Notes: a model not told the origin generated them from the sequence alone. 64,000 bases of DNA from Sedimentisphaerales bacterium (GCA_963666285.1 OY762711.1), one strand, 5' to 3'. Counted from the stretch's first letter, positions 10,573-20,533 are shown. Translations and numbers: made by a program.

Positions 10573-12083
10573 TTATTATTCCATTCCAACTTATAAATAA
10601 ATTCACCGCCGGTTAGCTCTACCGGAATAAATTCAACTTTGTCATCGGTACACTTGCGATATAAGTCTATATTCATCAGAAAATAGACATCCTGATTTTT
10701 ATAATCATTGATATTAAAATAATCCAAATCGATTAGATGTATATCTTTTCTATTTTCCTCGATATAAATTGCATACTCTAATGCTGAATAGGGAGTAGAA
10801 TCGCATACAAAAACAGCATTTGGCGGGAGAACACAGAAAATATCATTAACCATACGCCGTGGGCCTGTCTGATTTTGCTGCCAGGGCTCCAGGTAATACT
10901 CATATTCCTGTCGAAATGGTATGTGTCGATTATGACCCCATTGAAAACCTCTGCTTTTTGCCTCAAAACATATACCGGCATAAGTTGGCACTATCCATAT
11001 GAGCAGAACCATGGCTACAAGCCAGTCGGCAGCAAGTTCATGTGTACGCAAATAAATATAGCCTATCCCAATGAAAATACTGACAAGCATATATGCAGGC
11101 ATAAAAAAGTGATTTTGATTTGGAACATCATAGCGAAAGGCAAACATTATATATAATACCAAACTCGCCAGAAGGAAATTGTAAATACGGGAATCAATTA
11201 CTTTTCTTCCAAATATTATCCCCGGTACGGCTAATATTACCAGTGGAGTTGGAAAATTCAAAATAAAGAATTGTATACTCCTCGTAACAAGACGAACAAT
11301 ATCACCAGAATTAAATACCGCTTTTCCCCAGCGACCGTATATTCCAGACAAAATCGAACCAGAAAGATCGCCGGTTACTTTGTATTCCAGTCCGATAGCA
11401 TACAGCCAGAATACTCCGCCGATCAGCCATAATAACAGACAGTAAATGACATCTTTTACATTTAATTTCTTATGAAAAAAGCTATAGCATATATAAAAAG
11501 CTAAAACTACAAATGCAATCTGGCTCATATTGTGAACACTTACACCTAAACCAAAAATAAAGCAGGAAATGAATAAATAAGCCCTGCGATTGGATAAGAT
11601 ATATATAATTGCATATAGCATGCCCCATATCGTCATAGAATTTGACATACTATATGTCTGGGCCTGGGTAGCCATAAACCAATAGGTATGCCCAAGCCCG
11701 CAAACGCCTGCTGCTAAAACAGCCGGCAATAACCTCCTGGTCAATACATAAACAAGAGCAGTAACTCCTGAGATACCTAATGCAGCAAATATCGCACTTG
11801 TCAGGTTAGCGGCATATGCAAAGCTAAGCGAGGTAAACTTAGCAAGCCAATGTGCAAATACAATATAGAGAGGATGCACACGAACAACATCACCAAGACG
11901 CTCACCAGAGGGAGTGATAATATGCTGCTCAAGTTTGCACTGGGCAACCCAAACCTGGAAATCGCCCTGGTCCTGCCAAACCAAATCAGGAGCGAGAGTA
12001 TAAAAGTATAAGGTAAAGGCAATAATACCAGCAAAAAAGGCTGGTAACCAGCTTATACTGACCTTTGGTTTTATAATATTCAT
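10569..12083 (-). CDS. GT-C fold membrane glycosyltransferase (DUF2723-like)
   Basis: YFYTLAPDLVWQDQGDF, HPLY, W-x-MAT-x-AQTY; multiple TM segments; ATGA-type overlap with the next gene. Confidence 0.72.
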   Translation of the reverse strand: MNIIKPKVSISWLPAFFAGIIAFTLYFYTLAPDLVWQDQGDFQVWVAQCKLEQHIITPSGERLGDVVRVHPLYIVFAHWLAKFTSLSFAYAANLTSAIFAALGISGVTALVYVLTRRLLPAVLAAGVCGLGHTYWFMATQAQTYSMSNSMTIWGMLYAIIYILSNRRAYLFISCFIFGLGVSVHNMSQIAFVVLAFYICYSFFHKKLNVKDVIYCLLLWLIGGVFWLYAIGLEYKVTGDLSGSILSGIYGRWGKAVFNSGDIVRLVTRSIQFFILNFPTPLVILAVPGIIFGRKVIDSRIYNFLLASLVLYIMFAFRYDVPNQNHFFMPAYMLVSIFIGIGYIYLRTHELAADWLVAMVLLIWIVPTYAGICFEAKSRGFQWGHNRHIPFRQEYEYYLEPWQQNQTGPRRMVNDIFCVLPPNAVFVCDSTPYSALEYAIYIEENRKDIHLIDLDYFNINDYKNQDVYFLMNIDLYRKCTDDKVEFIPVELTGGEFIYKLEWNNK

Positions 12084-12112
12084 ATTAGAAAGAATAAGAA
12101 TATAAGAACTGA

Positions 12113-13162
12113 CTATTTATAGAAACTCTTATACCAATCAACAAAACGGTTAACCCCATCCTGAATATCGGTATCAGGTTTATAACCTAAGTCATTTATC
12201 AAATCATCAACATTTGCCCAGGTAGCCGGCACATCGCCAGGCTGCATAGGCAGCATTTGCTTTTCAGCTTCAATTCCCAAAGCATTTTCTACAGCTTTAA
12301 TAAAATCCATCAATCCAACGGGCGAAGAATTGCCAATATTATATATTTTATAAGGGGCCTTTGAACTGCCCGGATCGGGTGATAAACCGGTCCAACTTTC
12401 ATTTCCTTTAGGCGGGTTGTTAATAACCCTAACAACACCTTCTACAATATCGTCAATATAGGTAAAATCACGTTTCATGTCGCCATAGTTGAAGACTTTA
12501 ATGGGCTTACCACTTGAAATAGCACTGGTAAATAGTATAGGTGCCATATCCGGTCTGCCCCAAGGGCCGTAGACAGTAAAGAAACGCAATCCGGTAGTAG
12601 GTAAATTGAATAAATGGCTGTAACAATGAGCCATCAGTTCATTTGATTTTTTACTAGCAGCATAAAGACTTACCGGATGATCGACATTATCGCTGGTGCT
12701 AAATGGCATCTTTTCATTGCAGCCATAAACACTTGAACTACTGGCATATACCAGATGTTCAACCTCATTATGGCGGCAAGCTTCAAGAATATTAGCAAAG
12801 CCAACGATATTAGAATTGATATAAGCACCTGGATTTACAAGGCTATAGCGAACACCAGCCTGAGCGGCTAAGTTACAGACTCTATAAAATTTATGTTTGG
12901 TAAATAGATTGTTAAGAGCTTCATTATCTTCCAAATTCAATTTTACAAAACTGTAATTATCAAATTTTGAAGATATAACTTCTTTGTTATATTCCAAAGA
13001 CGCGCCATCAATGCCAGTTTCAGCTAAACGGCCATATTTTAATTGGACGTCATAATAGTCATTGATACTATCAATGCCGACAACTGAATCGCCACGCTCA
13101 ACCAGCCTATTGGCTAAATGATAACCAATAAAGCCTGCGGTACCTGTGATTAATACTTTCAT
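12113..13162 (-). CDS. UDP-glucuronate 4-epimerase
   Basis: [49 protein letters not shown]. Confidence 0.93.
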   Translation of the reverse strand: MKVLITGTAGFIGYHLANRLVERGDSVVGIDSINDYYDVQLKYGRLAETGIDGASLEYNKEVISSKFDNYSFVKLNLEDNEALNNLFTKHKFYRVCNLAAQAGVRYSLVNPGAYINSNIVGFANILEACRHNEVEHLVYASSSSVYGCNEKMPFSTSDNVDHPVSLYAASKKSNELMAHCYSHLFNLPTTGLRFFTVYGPWGRPDMAPILFTSAISSGKPIKVFNYGDMKRDFTYIDDIVEGVVRVINNPPKGNESWTGLSPDPGSSKAPYKIYNIGNSSPVGLMDFIKAVENALGIEAEKQMLPMQPGDVPATWANVDDLINDLGYKPDTDIQDGVNRFVDWYKSFYK

Positions 13163-13261
13163 TATTATATAAACTTAAGGGAAATCAATGAATTGTGATA
13201 AGAATAATAAAAATGGATATTTACCAGCTAATAGGTTAAACTGAATAAAAAGCCATAAGAC

Positions 13262-13936
13262 TTATCTATTACTTAAGATACTGGAAGTAGAATACTTAGT
13301 TGTAGAAAGAATACTTCCGCCGTTAACCCGAGTTTTTTTATTTAATATGGAGCGATTCATGCTCACTTTTGAGTAAGAAAGCCTTCCTCGCCTATTGCCT
13401 TGTAAAAGTCTCTTGTACCTGTCAGTTAACATAGTTGAATTACCAGATATCAATTGCTTTAAGGCCTGATTTGATGTTCTTTTTATCCTTAACGGGAATC
13501 TGTCATAATTATACCCTGCATACCTGGTTGACGTGCCTGGGTTCTGCTGATCATTAGAAGTAGATAAAGACATGTTGGAGCGAGAGTTATATGATCCCAG
13601 CTTAGATCTAACTTTTAAAGAGTTCATACGGGCATTGACCATGCCGCTTCTCTTTCTAAAACTTCCGTAACCTGATTTAGGCATCTGATTAGATGCTTTG
13701 TTGTTATAGCTAAGGGGGTTACCACTGTAAAGAGCCCTAGGCTGACGAAGACGGTTTACGCCGGTAGAATACCTAGAAAAAGAGCTGATATCAGAGTAAC
13801 CAATACTCGCCTTACCTGGAACGTCAAAACGCGTCACTCCCCTGGTAGAACTGTTGCCATAAATCGGATTGGATTCTTCAGCAGTTGCAACAGCAGAAAC
13901 AGACAGTAGTATTAAGATGTATAGTAACTGTTTCAA
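13262..13936 (-). CDS. Hypothetical secreted, basic Ser/Arg/Asn-rich protein
   Basis: TTG start with AGGA RBS; signal peptide ending ATA-EE; low-complexity body. Confidence 0.7.
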   Translation of the reverse strand: MKQLLYILILLSVSAVATAEESNPIYGNSSTRGVTRFDVPGKASIGYSDISSFSRYSTGVNRLRQPRALYSGNPLSYNNKASNQMPKSGYGSFRKRSGMVNARMNSLKVRSKLGSYNSRSNMSLSTSNDQQNPGTSTRYAGYNYDRFPLRIKRTSNQALKQLISGNSTMLTDRYKRLLQGNRRGRLSYSKVSMNRSILNKKTRVNGGSILSTTKYSTSSILSNR

Positions 13937-14031
13937 AATAATTTCCTAAAATTGCATCTTATAGGCACTTATCAGTCATTACCATATATATTGCATACTT
14001 ATATTATATCATAAATATAAGTAAATTGATT

Positions 14032-14487
14032 CTATTTTTTGAGTTCCTTAACGACATTTCCTGTTCTTGAATGGAACTCCTTATCACTAATATAGCCAAC
14101 GAGTTTTCTGTATTCGTCTGTATTATATAGTTTTATGACAATCGCAGGTAGCTGTGAAACATCATATTTTTTTGCAACTGATTCATTGTTATCATAATCG
14201 ATAAGAACGGGATTAAATGTCTTATTGATGAATTTCACGACATCCGGTTTGTTAATCGTAGCATAACTCATTCTGTTGCAATCACTTTCGTATTTACCGG
14301 TTTTAGTAGTAAAAAGCACCATAATGGGCTTACCATTGTTTTGAGCTGCTTTTTCTGCAGATTCAATTGAATCGGCCCATTTGACTTTTTCAGAACCACT
14401 GGTAAGATTTACGGCAAGGACGGCCAAAAAAGCGACTATGATGATAATTAACCCAGGATTTTTCTTCTTTTGTTTTGGTTCACTCAT
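14032..14487 (-). CDS. Membrane-anchored thioredoxin-fold protein
   Basis: W..SIESAEKAAQNNGKPIMVLF, C-x-RM, KYDVSQLP, LVGY; only one Cys in the CxxC position. Confidence 0.75.
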   Translation of the reverse strand: MSEPKQKKKNPGLIIIIVAFLAVLAVNLTSGSEKVKWADSIESAEKAAQNNGKPIMVLFTTKTGKYESDCNRMSYATINKPDVVKFINKTFNPVLIDYDNNESVAKKYDVSQLPAIVIKLYNTDEYRKLVGYISDKEFHSRTGNVVKELKK

Positions 14488-14527
14488 GTATATAAATCCC
14501 TATTTTATAATATATTAAATACTCATA

Positions 14528-15439
14528 CTAATATAAACTACGGCAGAAACCGCCAAAGGTTTGGCCTTTGGCGACGATCAGGACAGCCATTACTATCCAG
14601 ATTATAGTACCGATGAGGAAAGGTTTGTCTTTGAGAACGATGGAAGTCGGTCCGTCATAAAGGCCTTTCATACTGATGGCAGCGAAACGGAAAATGCAGT
14701 AAGTTACTACCGGCACAGTATATATGAAAGCTGCGGTACCGAATCGATTGATAGTTGATTCGCTCATGCCATAAAGCATGAAGGTAACAATAGCAAGTGC
14801 CGCAGACGTTGTAATTAAATGAGTTAAGAGCTCCGGAGTGTATTCCAGAAGCGACTGACGGTGGTTAACGGCCATTTCCTGATCGAGAGTAACCAGCTCA
14901 TTGATACGCTTACAGAAGCCCATAAAGAGGCAGAGGGTAAAAATGCAGACTATAAGCCACTGGCTGGCAAAGACCTGGATCGCCACAGCTCCGGCGGCGG
15001 CACGTAATACAAAGCCAATAGCGATGACAATGACATCAATAATAGCATAACTCTTTAGCCAGAAGGAATATAGGACATTCATGCCGAAGTATATTGAAGT
15101 TATGATCAGGAACAGGATTGATATCTTAAAGCCAATAACAGCAGATACTAACAGCAAGATAAGGGCAAGGACCGCAGCGGAAGGTTTGGAGACCTGGCCT
15201 GAAGGAATTGGCCGGTTACGTTTTACAGGATGATAACTATCTTTTTGACAGTCACTTATATCGTTAATAACATACACTGCAGAGGATACCAGACAGAAGG
15301 CGACAAGTGCCCGGAGTGTTACGAGATTGTTACTTAAAGCGTTTTCACCAAGGAACTTACAACTGAAAAGTAAAGGCGCAAGTACAAAGATATTTTTAAC
15401 CCAGTGGGCAGGTCTGATGAGTTTTAAGTACGCTAACAA
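14528..15439 (-). CDS. UbiA family polyprenyl-phosphate phosphoribosyltransferase
   Basis: RPAHWVKN, YVINDISD..KD..HPVKRNRPIPSG, YSFWLK, GFVLRA, CKR..E. Confidence 0.88.
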   Translation of the reverse strand: MLAYLKLIRPAHWVKNIFVLAPLLFSCKFLGENALSNNLVTLRALVAFCLVSSAVYVINDISDCQKDSYHPVKRNRPIPSGQVSKPSAAVLALILLLVSAVIGFKISILFLIITSIYFGMNVLYSFWLKSYAIIDVIVIAIGFVLRAAAGAVAIQVFASQWLIVCIFTLCLFMGFCKRINELVTLDQEMAVNHRQSLLEYTPELLTHLITTSAALAIVTFMLYGMSESTINRFGTAAFIYTVPVVTYCIFRFAAISMKGLYDGPTSIVLKDKPFLIGTIIWIVMAVLIVAKGQTFGGFCRSLY

Positions 15440-15836
15440 GATTTGAATATAAGATCTTATATTTCAGATATTTATAAATGCAAGCGGGCGCACCCCGTCC
15501 CTGTGGGTTGCGTTGTAAATAATACGTCACCTACTTGTAATCAGATTGATTAATCTGTTTATAATCTCTTATATCGGTTGAATTTACCGATATTTTAAGC
15601 TAAAAGTTCAGATAAAATATAAATTTAACTCTAATTGTCAGAATAAGTTAGTATCATTTCCCGCTATGCCGGAAGCGGTATATTAATACTAACAAAGCTA
15701 GCACATATGATATCGAAGAATGTTATAATTGTATGACCGAAAAGCAGTTTTAACAAGAATTCTGGTATTACCAAAAACATGCAAAAGATTGTCAAAAAAA
15801 GATAAAAAATCTCAAAATGACATTTATGTTGGTTTT

Positions 15837-15902
15837 ACGGTCGGCCACGGAGACCAACGGAACGCATACGGAAGCGAACGGCGCTATACGGATTATAACG
15901 GA
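15837..15902 (+). repeat. Array of seven ACGG cores at 10-11 bp period
   Basis: ACGG at 15837, 15847, 15857, 15868, 15878, 15888, 15898. Confidence 0.7.
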
Positions 15903-16055
15903 TGCGAATTGAACGCATGCCGAGGGGTATATGAAACAGATACTAAGTCCCATTCTTCAGCTGAAAATGCACTTTAGAAAAAACATTATACTGATGGTAG
16001 TACCACATAGCAATGAATGACTCAAAAAAAAACAGTGTGAAAAAGACAAGATTTT

Positions 16056-16538
16056 TTATTCGGCTTTGATCTGCCGGATTTCCTGGGGGATGGTAATTTT
16101 GTCGTTGGTCCTGAGTGACAGTCGAGCGACGGTGCCAGCGGGCAGCTCGATGACATATTTAGCCGGTAGTCTGCCGGAATATAGTTCGGTTTTGCCGGAT
16201 CGCGGGTATTTCATATCTTCGATATTGAGTATTCTGCCGGAGGCGGTGAGGAATATGCCGTCGAGGTCGATGTGGCAGTTCTCCATGTGGAAAGTCAGCA
16301 TCTGCGGATATTGAAAGATGAAGATCATGCCGGAGTTGCGTGGGATGGAATGGCGGTGCATCATGCCCATGGCACGGGTGTCTTCGGTAGAGGCTATTTC
16401 CATGTCGAAGATTTCGCCTGCGATCTCCATCTGGATGGATTGGAGCTTCTGCGGCTGCGGGCCGGACGGAGCTTTGTCTTTTTCGCAGCTGTTCATGAAG
16501 AAGCAGGTAAACATGGCTATTAGTACATGGAGTTTCAT
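16056..16538 (-). CDS. DUF192 family lipoprotein
   Basis: EIAST..TRAMGMMHR, GMIFIF, FHMEN, LDGIF, YVIELPAG; lipobox-like MNSC. Confidence 0.88.
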   Translation of the reverse strand: MKLHVLIAMFTCFFMNSCEKDKAPSGPQPQKLQSIQMEIAGEIFDMEIASTEDTRAMGMMHRHSIPRNSGMIFIFQYPQMLTFHMENCHIDLDGIFLTASGRILNIEDMKYPRSGKTELYSGRLPAKYVIELPAGTVARLSLRTNDKITIPQEIRQIKAE

Positions 16539-16773
16539 AGAGGTTGATTATCGGAAATTTGAAGAAAATAGTAAAGGGGAAAATTAGAAGAGAGAAGCGT
16601 ATTAATTATGAATTTTGAATGCTGAATTATGAAAATAAATAAGTTAGAAGTCAGAAGCGAGGAGGGAGGGGAGAGGTAAAAGGTAAGAAGTAAGAGGTAA
16701 GAATTGAGTGTCTGGTCCTGTGATAAGTTGTCACATTATAGAAATAATGTACTAACTTTTTCAGGAGACAGCA

Positions 16774-17199
16774 ATGGCAATAATTAAGAAGGCAAACAAT
16801 AGATATAGTGAGGCATTTAAGTTACAAGTTGTAAATGATCTGGAATCTGGTAAGCTGGGTAGTATATCGGAAGCTAATCGTCATTATGGGATACCAGGTG
16901 GCGAGACAGTAAAGAAATGGCTAATTAAATATGGCCGTAACCACTTAGTACCAAAGGTTATACGCGTGGAAAAACCAGAAGAGCAGAATCAGATAAAGAA
17001 GCTAAAGTCTGAGATTAAGCAGCTGAAAGAGGCATTAGCAGATACTCATATGCAGAGTTTGTTGAATGAAGCAGTATTTGAGGAGCTATGTGAGGAAGTT
17101 AGCGTCGATCCAGAAGCTTTCAAAAAAAAAGTAAGCACACAGCAGTTGAACGTGCCTCGCAGAAGCCGCAGGAAGGTAGTTCCCAAAAGGCGACGATAG
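16774..17199 (+). CDS. IS3-family transposase OrfA (HTH)
   Basis: RYSEAFKLQVV..HTH..W..KYG, coiled coil; A9G slippery site at 17122-17131. Confidence 0.9.
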   Translation: MAIIKKANNRYSEAFKLQVVNDLESGKLGSISEANRHYGIPGGETVKKWLIKYGRNHLVPKVIRVEKPEEQNQIKKLKSEIKQLKEALADTHMQSLLNEAVFEELCEEVSVDPEAFKKKVSTQQLNVPRRSRRKVVPKRRR

Positions 17200-17222
17200 C
17201 AGGCTTTTGTCGTCTTGTAGGT

Positions 17223-18008
17223 ATGAGCAGGCAAAACTACTATAAAGCACGCAAGGAACGTAAGAAGAAATCTATAGATGAAGCTTTGATTATAGAACTG
17301 GTTGAGGCAGAGCGCAGATTGCAACCAGAGCTAGGCTGTCGTAAGGTTTTGGAGTTGATAAGTCCAGTACTGGAGCTTGTTGGTATAGAAATAGGCCGTG
17401 ATCGCTTTTTTGAGCTTATGGATAAGTATGATAAGCTGATAAAGCGTAAAAGACGATATGTTACAACTACAAATAGTCGTCATAGTTTTAAGGTTTATAA
17501 TAATTTGTTGAAAGATGCAGAACTGACAGGAGCTAATCAGGCTCTGGTAAGTGATATAACATATATACGTACAAATGAAGGTTTTATGTATCTGGCATTG
17601 GTAATGGATGCTTATAGCCGCAAGATAGTAGGTTATGATTGTAGTGATAGCTTGGAAGCCGAAGGTTGTTTAAGGGCATTGTCGATGGCGATAAAGCAGC
17701 TGCCGAAAGGGAGTAAAGCGATTCACCATTCGGATAGAGGCTGTCAGTATTGCTGTCACAGATATATTGATAAGTTGCAGAGAAATGGATTACAGATAAG
17801 CATGACCGAAGAGAATCATTGCTATGAGAATGCCAAGGCAGAACGGTTAAATGGTATATTGAAATATGAATATGGATTAAAAGAAACGTTTAAGGAAAAG
17901 GCTCATGTATATGCAGTAGTAAGGCAGGCAATTGAGCTTTACAACACTCGTAGACCGCATGTTGCGTTGAAGTATTGTATACCTGCGGAAGTGCATGCCG
18001 CGGCGTGA
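17223..18008 (+). CDS. IS3-family transposase OrfB (DDE); likely fused to OrfA by -1 frameshift
   Basis: VSDITYI, DAYSRKIVG, HHSDRGCQY, ENAKAERLNGILKYE, YNTRRPH; the -1 frame is open back to the A9G site. Confidence 0.93.
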   Translation: MSRQNYYKARKERKKKSIDEALIIELVEAERRLQPELGCRKVLELISPVLELVGIEIGRDRFFELMDKYDKLIKRKRRYVTTTNSRHSFKVYNNLLKDAELTGANQALVSDITYIRTNEGFMYLALVMDAYSRKIVGYDCSDSLEAEGCLRALSMAIKQLPKGSKAIHHSDRGCQYCCHRYIDKLQRNGLQISMTEENHCYENAKAERLNGILKYEYGLKETFKEKAHVYAVVRQAIELYNTRRPHVALKYCIPAEVHAAA

Positions 18009-18391
18009 TATATTCCTCCGTTCCGGTCGCCCTCCGGGCTCCCTTCACTACGGAATATATCACCAAAATACAATAGGAAATAGAAACGGAAAGTGACAAC
18101 TTTTAATCAGGACTTGACAGAGGGGTGCTGCAACGTACGGTACAGAACCTTATTTTAAATTGGCTAACGCCGAGAAGATATTTCACGAACGGACACGAAA
18201 ATACTGTTTAAAATCGCCTGAGGCAAAGAATAGCCCTTACTGCCGTGCGGGGCTCTGATAATTTAATGCAATGTTGGGGTAATTGGAAATAGTATAGAAA
18301 GATATCAGTATAAGCGGTATAATAAGATGGGCAGGATGAGCCATGAGGAAAAAATATTTGATTTATATTCACCATGAAGGGAGTGAAGTTA

Positions 18392-18487
18392 ATGAAGTTT
18401 TATTTAATACTCAGCTTAGTATTGATCTCTGGATGTATATTTGTTAGTAAAGATTTTATTGTTCATGAAGACAAACTTATATTATAA
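18392..18487 (+). pseudogene. Truncated lipoprotein (31 aa), similar to the N-terminus of the next gene
   Basis: MKFYLILSLVLISGCIFVSKDFIVHEDKLIL* versus MKYFVLLMLSLTLFCGCILDSDRLCQDSTELIL; GGAG RBS. Confidence 0.6.
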
Positions 18488-18511
18488 ATATTTGATCTCG
18501 AAGGGATTACT

Positions 18512-18970
18512 ATGAAATATTTTGTATTGCTTATGTTATCATTGACTTTGTTTTGTGGTTGTATTTTGGATTCAGACCGTTTATGCCAAGACAGTACAGA
18601 ACTAATATTACATAAAGGGCTTTCTGAAGAAGAAACAGAAAACATATTAAAAGATTTTGGTTTTCATGACATAGCCATGTCCTCTAGAATTATTGATAAC
18701 GACTTTACTTTTTCGTTTGTAGAAGGAGAAATAGACTATGCGGTTGATGGTAGTGAGACTGGCCTTGCGATTCCTAACACAAGTATACTCGAAAATAAAT
18801 ATTGCCATGAAGTAGATACTACCTTAATGGAAGAATTAAAACTATTTTCTACCCCTAACTTAATAAATAGTGATTGTGCTATATTGATTGAATATATGAT
18901 TGATGGCTCAGGAAATAAAATTCTTAACAGATACTCAATGATAAAACTCAGCAAACTAACTCCAAATTAA
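18512..18970 (+). CDS. Hypothetical lipoprotein (candidate orphan immunity protein)
   Basis: Lipobox FCGC; AT-rich; in the RHS-remnant array. Confidence 0.75.
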   Translation: MKYFVLLMLSLTLFCGCILDSDRLCQDSTELILHKGLSEEETENILKDFGFHDIAMSSRIIDNDFTFSFVEGEIDYAVDGSETGLAIPNTSILENKYCHEVDTTLMEELKLFSTPNLINSDCAILIEYMIDGSGNKILNRYSMIKLSKLTPN

Positions 18971-19090
18971 AAACAGAGAACCCAGCTAGTTGAGAAGTGT
19001 AATAAAGATTACCCATACGCTTTTCTTGGAATGTGGTGGTTTGGTGATGGTTCTAATTGCCAAGATTGGGCAAGAGGATTTGCTGAATAA
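18971..19090 (+). pseudogene. Start-less remnant, putative toxin C-terminal tip
   Basis: KQRTQLVEKCNKDYPYAFLGMWWFGDGSNCQDWARGFAE*, with a Y..L..NC..W motif. Confidence 0.5.
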
Positions 19091-19116
19091 TTTTTTAATG
19101 TAAGGAATAGGTACTT

Positions 19117-19959
19117 ATGTATAAATGTTTGTTATTCTTCCAATTATTATTGATGTTAATAGGGTGTGGATGTGAAAAGGAATCAGATAGTTCATCTGCT
19201 GACGATGTTTCTGGGTTAAGATCACAAACTGATAGAGTTGAGATTTATAAATTATTAAAAGAGTTGAATCATCCTGGAAGGGTTCAAAGCTTGCTGAACA
19301 CGAAAGTTAAATTGAGTAATTACCCCATTTCTCTTGTGTTAGATATTGTATGCAATGACTCTGCTAAACTAAGCGAAGAGTGCCGCATTAAAGGGCTCTC
19401 ATATGTCTCGGATCGTAATTTTTTAATTTATCGTTTGGCTTTGCCAACACTATTAAATGATCCGTCCGAAGTTATCAGAAATTACTCACTTGCTTTTGTA
19501 AAAGAAGAAGATATCACAACAGATGAGATTCCTTTTATTGAGAATATGCTAGATGATAATAGTTTAAATGTAAGGATTCGTGCAGCTAAAATATTATATT
19601 TTCATTCTCCGGATAATTCTACTTTATTAGATAGTATTATTTCGAGTCTCTCTTTTGAGGTAAGGGTTACTGATAATGAGAGTTTCTATCGTCCTCCCTG
19701 GAAGGTAGCAAAAACATCATTACAGGATTTAAGAGAAAAAAATATAATTGATCCAAATTTATTTTTGTTAAAAGCGAAGAATTACAGAAACGAAGACTCA
19801 AAGATATTTTATCACTTGATCAGTTTGTATAAAGGTTGTCAGGGAGAATCAGGTTTATATGAGTTTGATATTAATTTTGATGATAAACACTTACTCGATA
19901 AACTTGATGAAATATATGAACAAAAGATAGCCGAATTAGGTTGTCCTCCTCAAAAATAG
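19117..19959 (+). CDS. HEAT-repeat lipoprotein (candidate immunity protein)
   Basis: Lipobox LIGC; LLNDPSEVIRNYSL and MLDDNSLNVRIRAAKIL HEAT-like repeats. Confidence 0.75.
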   Translation: MYKCLLFFQLLLMLIGCGCEKESDSSSADDVSGLRSQTDRVEIYKLLKELNHPGRVQSLLNTKVKLSNYPISLVLDIVCNDSAKLSEECRIKGLSYVSDRNFLIYRLALPTLLNDPSEVIRNYSLAFVKEEDITTDEIPFIENMLDDNSLNVRIRAAKILYFHSPDNSTLLDSIISSLSFEVRVTDNESFYRPPWKVAKTSLQDLREKNIIDPNLFLLKAKNYRNEDSKIFYHLISLYKGCQGESGLYEFDINFDDKHLLDKLDEIYEQKIAELGCPPQK

Positions 19960-20076
19960 ATTTGAGATTAAATTTGGAATCTCTGTGTCTTACTCAAAAA
20001 CTCATCTGAGCATAAATAGCAGTATTTTCAGATAATTAGCGATGAGAACAAGTATAAATTTCGTCTGGATAAGACT

Positions 20077-20397
20077 ATGGATTTGGCATTTATAAGCTCT
20101 TTGAAAAGAAAATATAGCGATTTAGGCGTACCAGTGCTGTTGTCAAAAACAAAAATATTGTACGATGGAAGCTTTAACTTTAAGCAGCTTGTCTATGACA
20201 TGACTTTAGCAGTCCGCCAAGTCGTTCGATACAGAATATCTCGCCGGTGTTGCCTTTGTAGATTGGTTTGGGATTATACTGATACCTTGCTGGTTGAAAA
20301 TGAATATGATGCGCTTTGCAGACGAATTTTGGCGATTTTATATGACGAAAATGAAGATGTTGACAAAATTGTCCGGTACTATCATAATATCCCTTAG
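20077..20397 (+). CDS. Hypothetical protein, possibly a 5'-truncated remnant
   Basis: ORF; frame is open for about 19 codons upstream with no clear RBS; followed by hairpin CCTTAGCGG-TTATG-CCGCTAAGG. Confidence 0.5.
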   Translation: MDLAFISSLKRKYSDLGVPVLLSKTKILYDGSFNFKQLVYDMTLAVRQVVRYRISRRCCLCRLVWDYTDTLLVENEYDALCRRILAILYDENEDVDKIVRYYHNIP

Positions 20398-20533
20398 CGG
20401 TTATGCCGCTAAGGAAGTGAAAAACTAAAAATGAAAAGTGAAAAATTGCGGTGTTGCTATCGCAACCTAAGTTTTAATCGCCTGACGGTGAGGAAAACAG
20501 AACCACAGATGGACACGAGATGAACACTGATGA

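Larger units (their letters stand above)
16709..18119 (+). mobile_element. IS3-family insertion sequence, 1411 bp
   Basis: IRL TGTCTGGTCCTGTGATAAGTTGTCAC; IRR (reverse complement) TGTCAAGTCCTGATTAAAAGTTGTCAC; TG...CA ends; GAG direct repeat at 16706-16708 and 18120-18122. Confidence 0.93.

Noticed and set aside
15481..15515. GC-rich imperfect hairpin upstream of the ubiA-like gene as an ops/JUMPstart element or riboswitch
   Set aside because: No GGCGGTAG ops core and no recognisable aptamer; single occurrence
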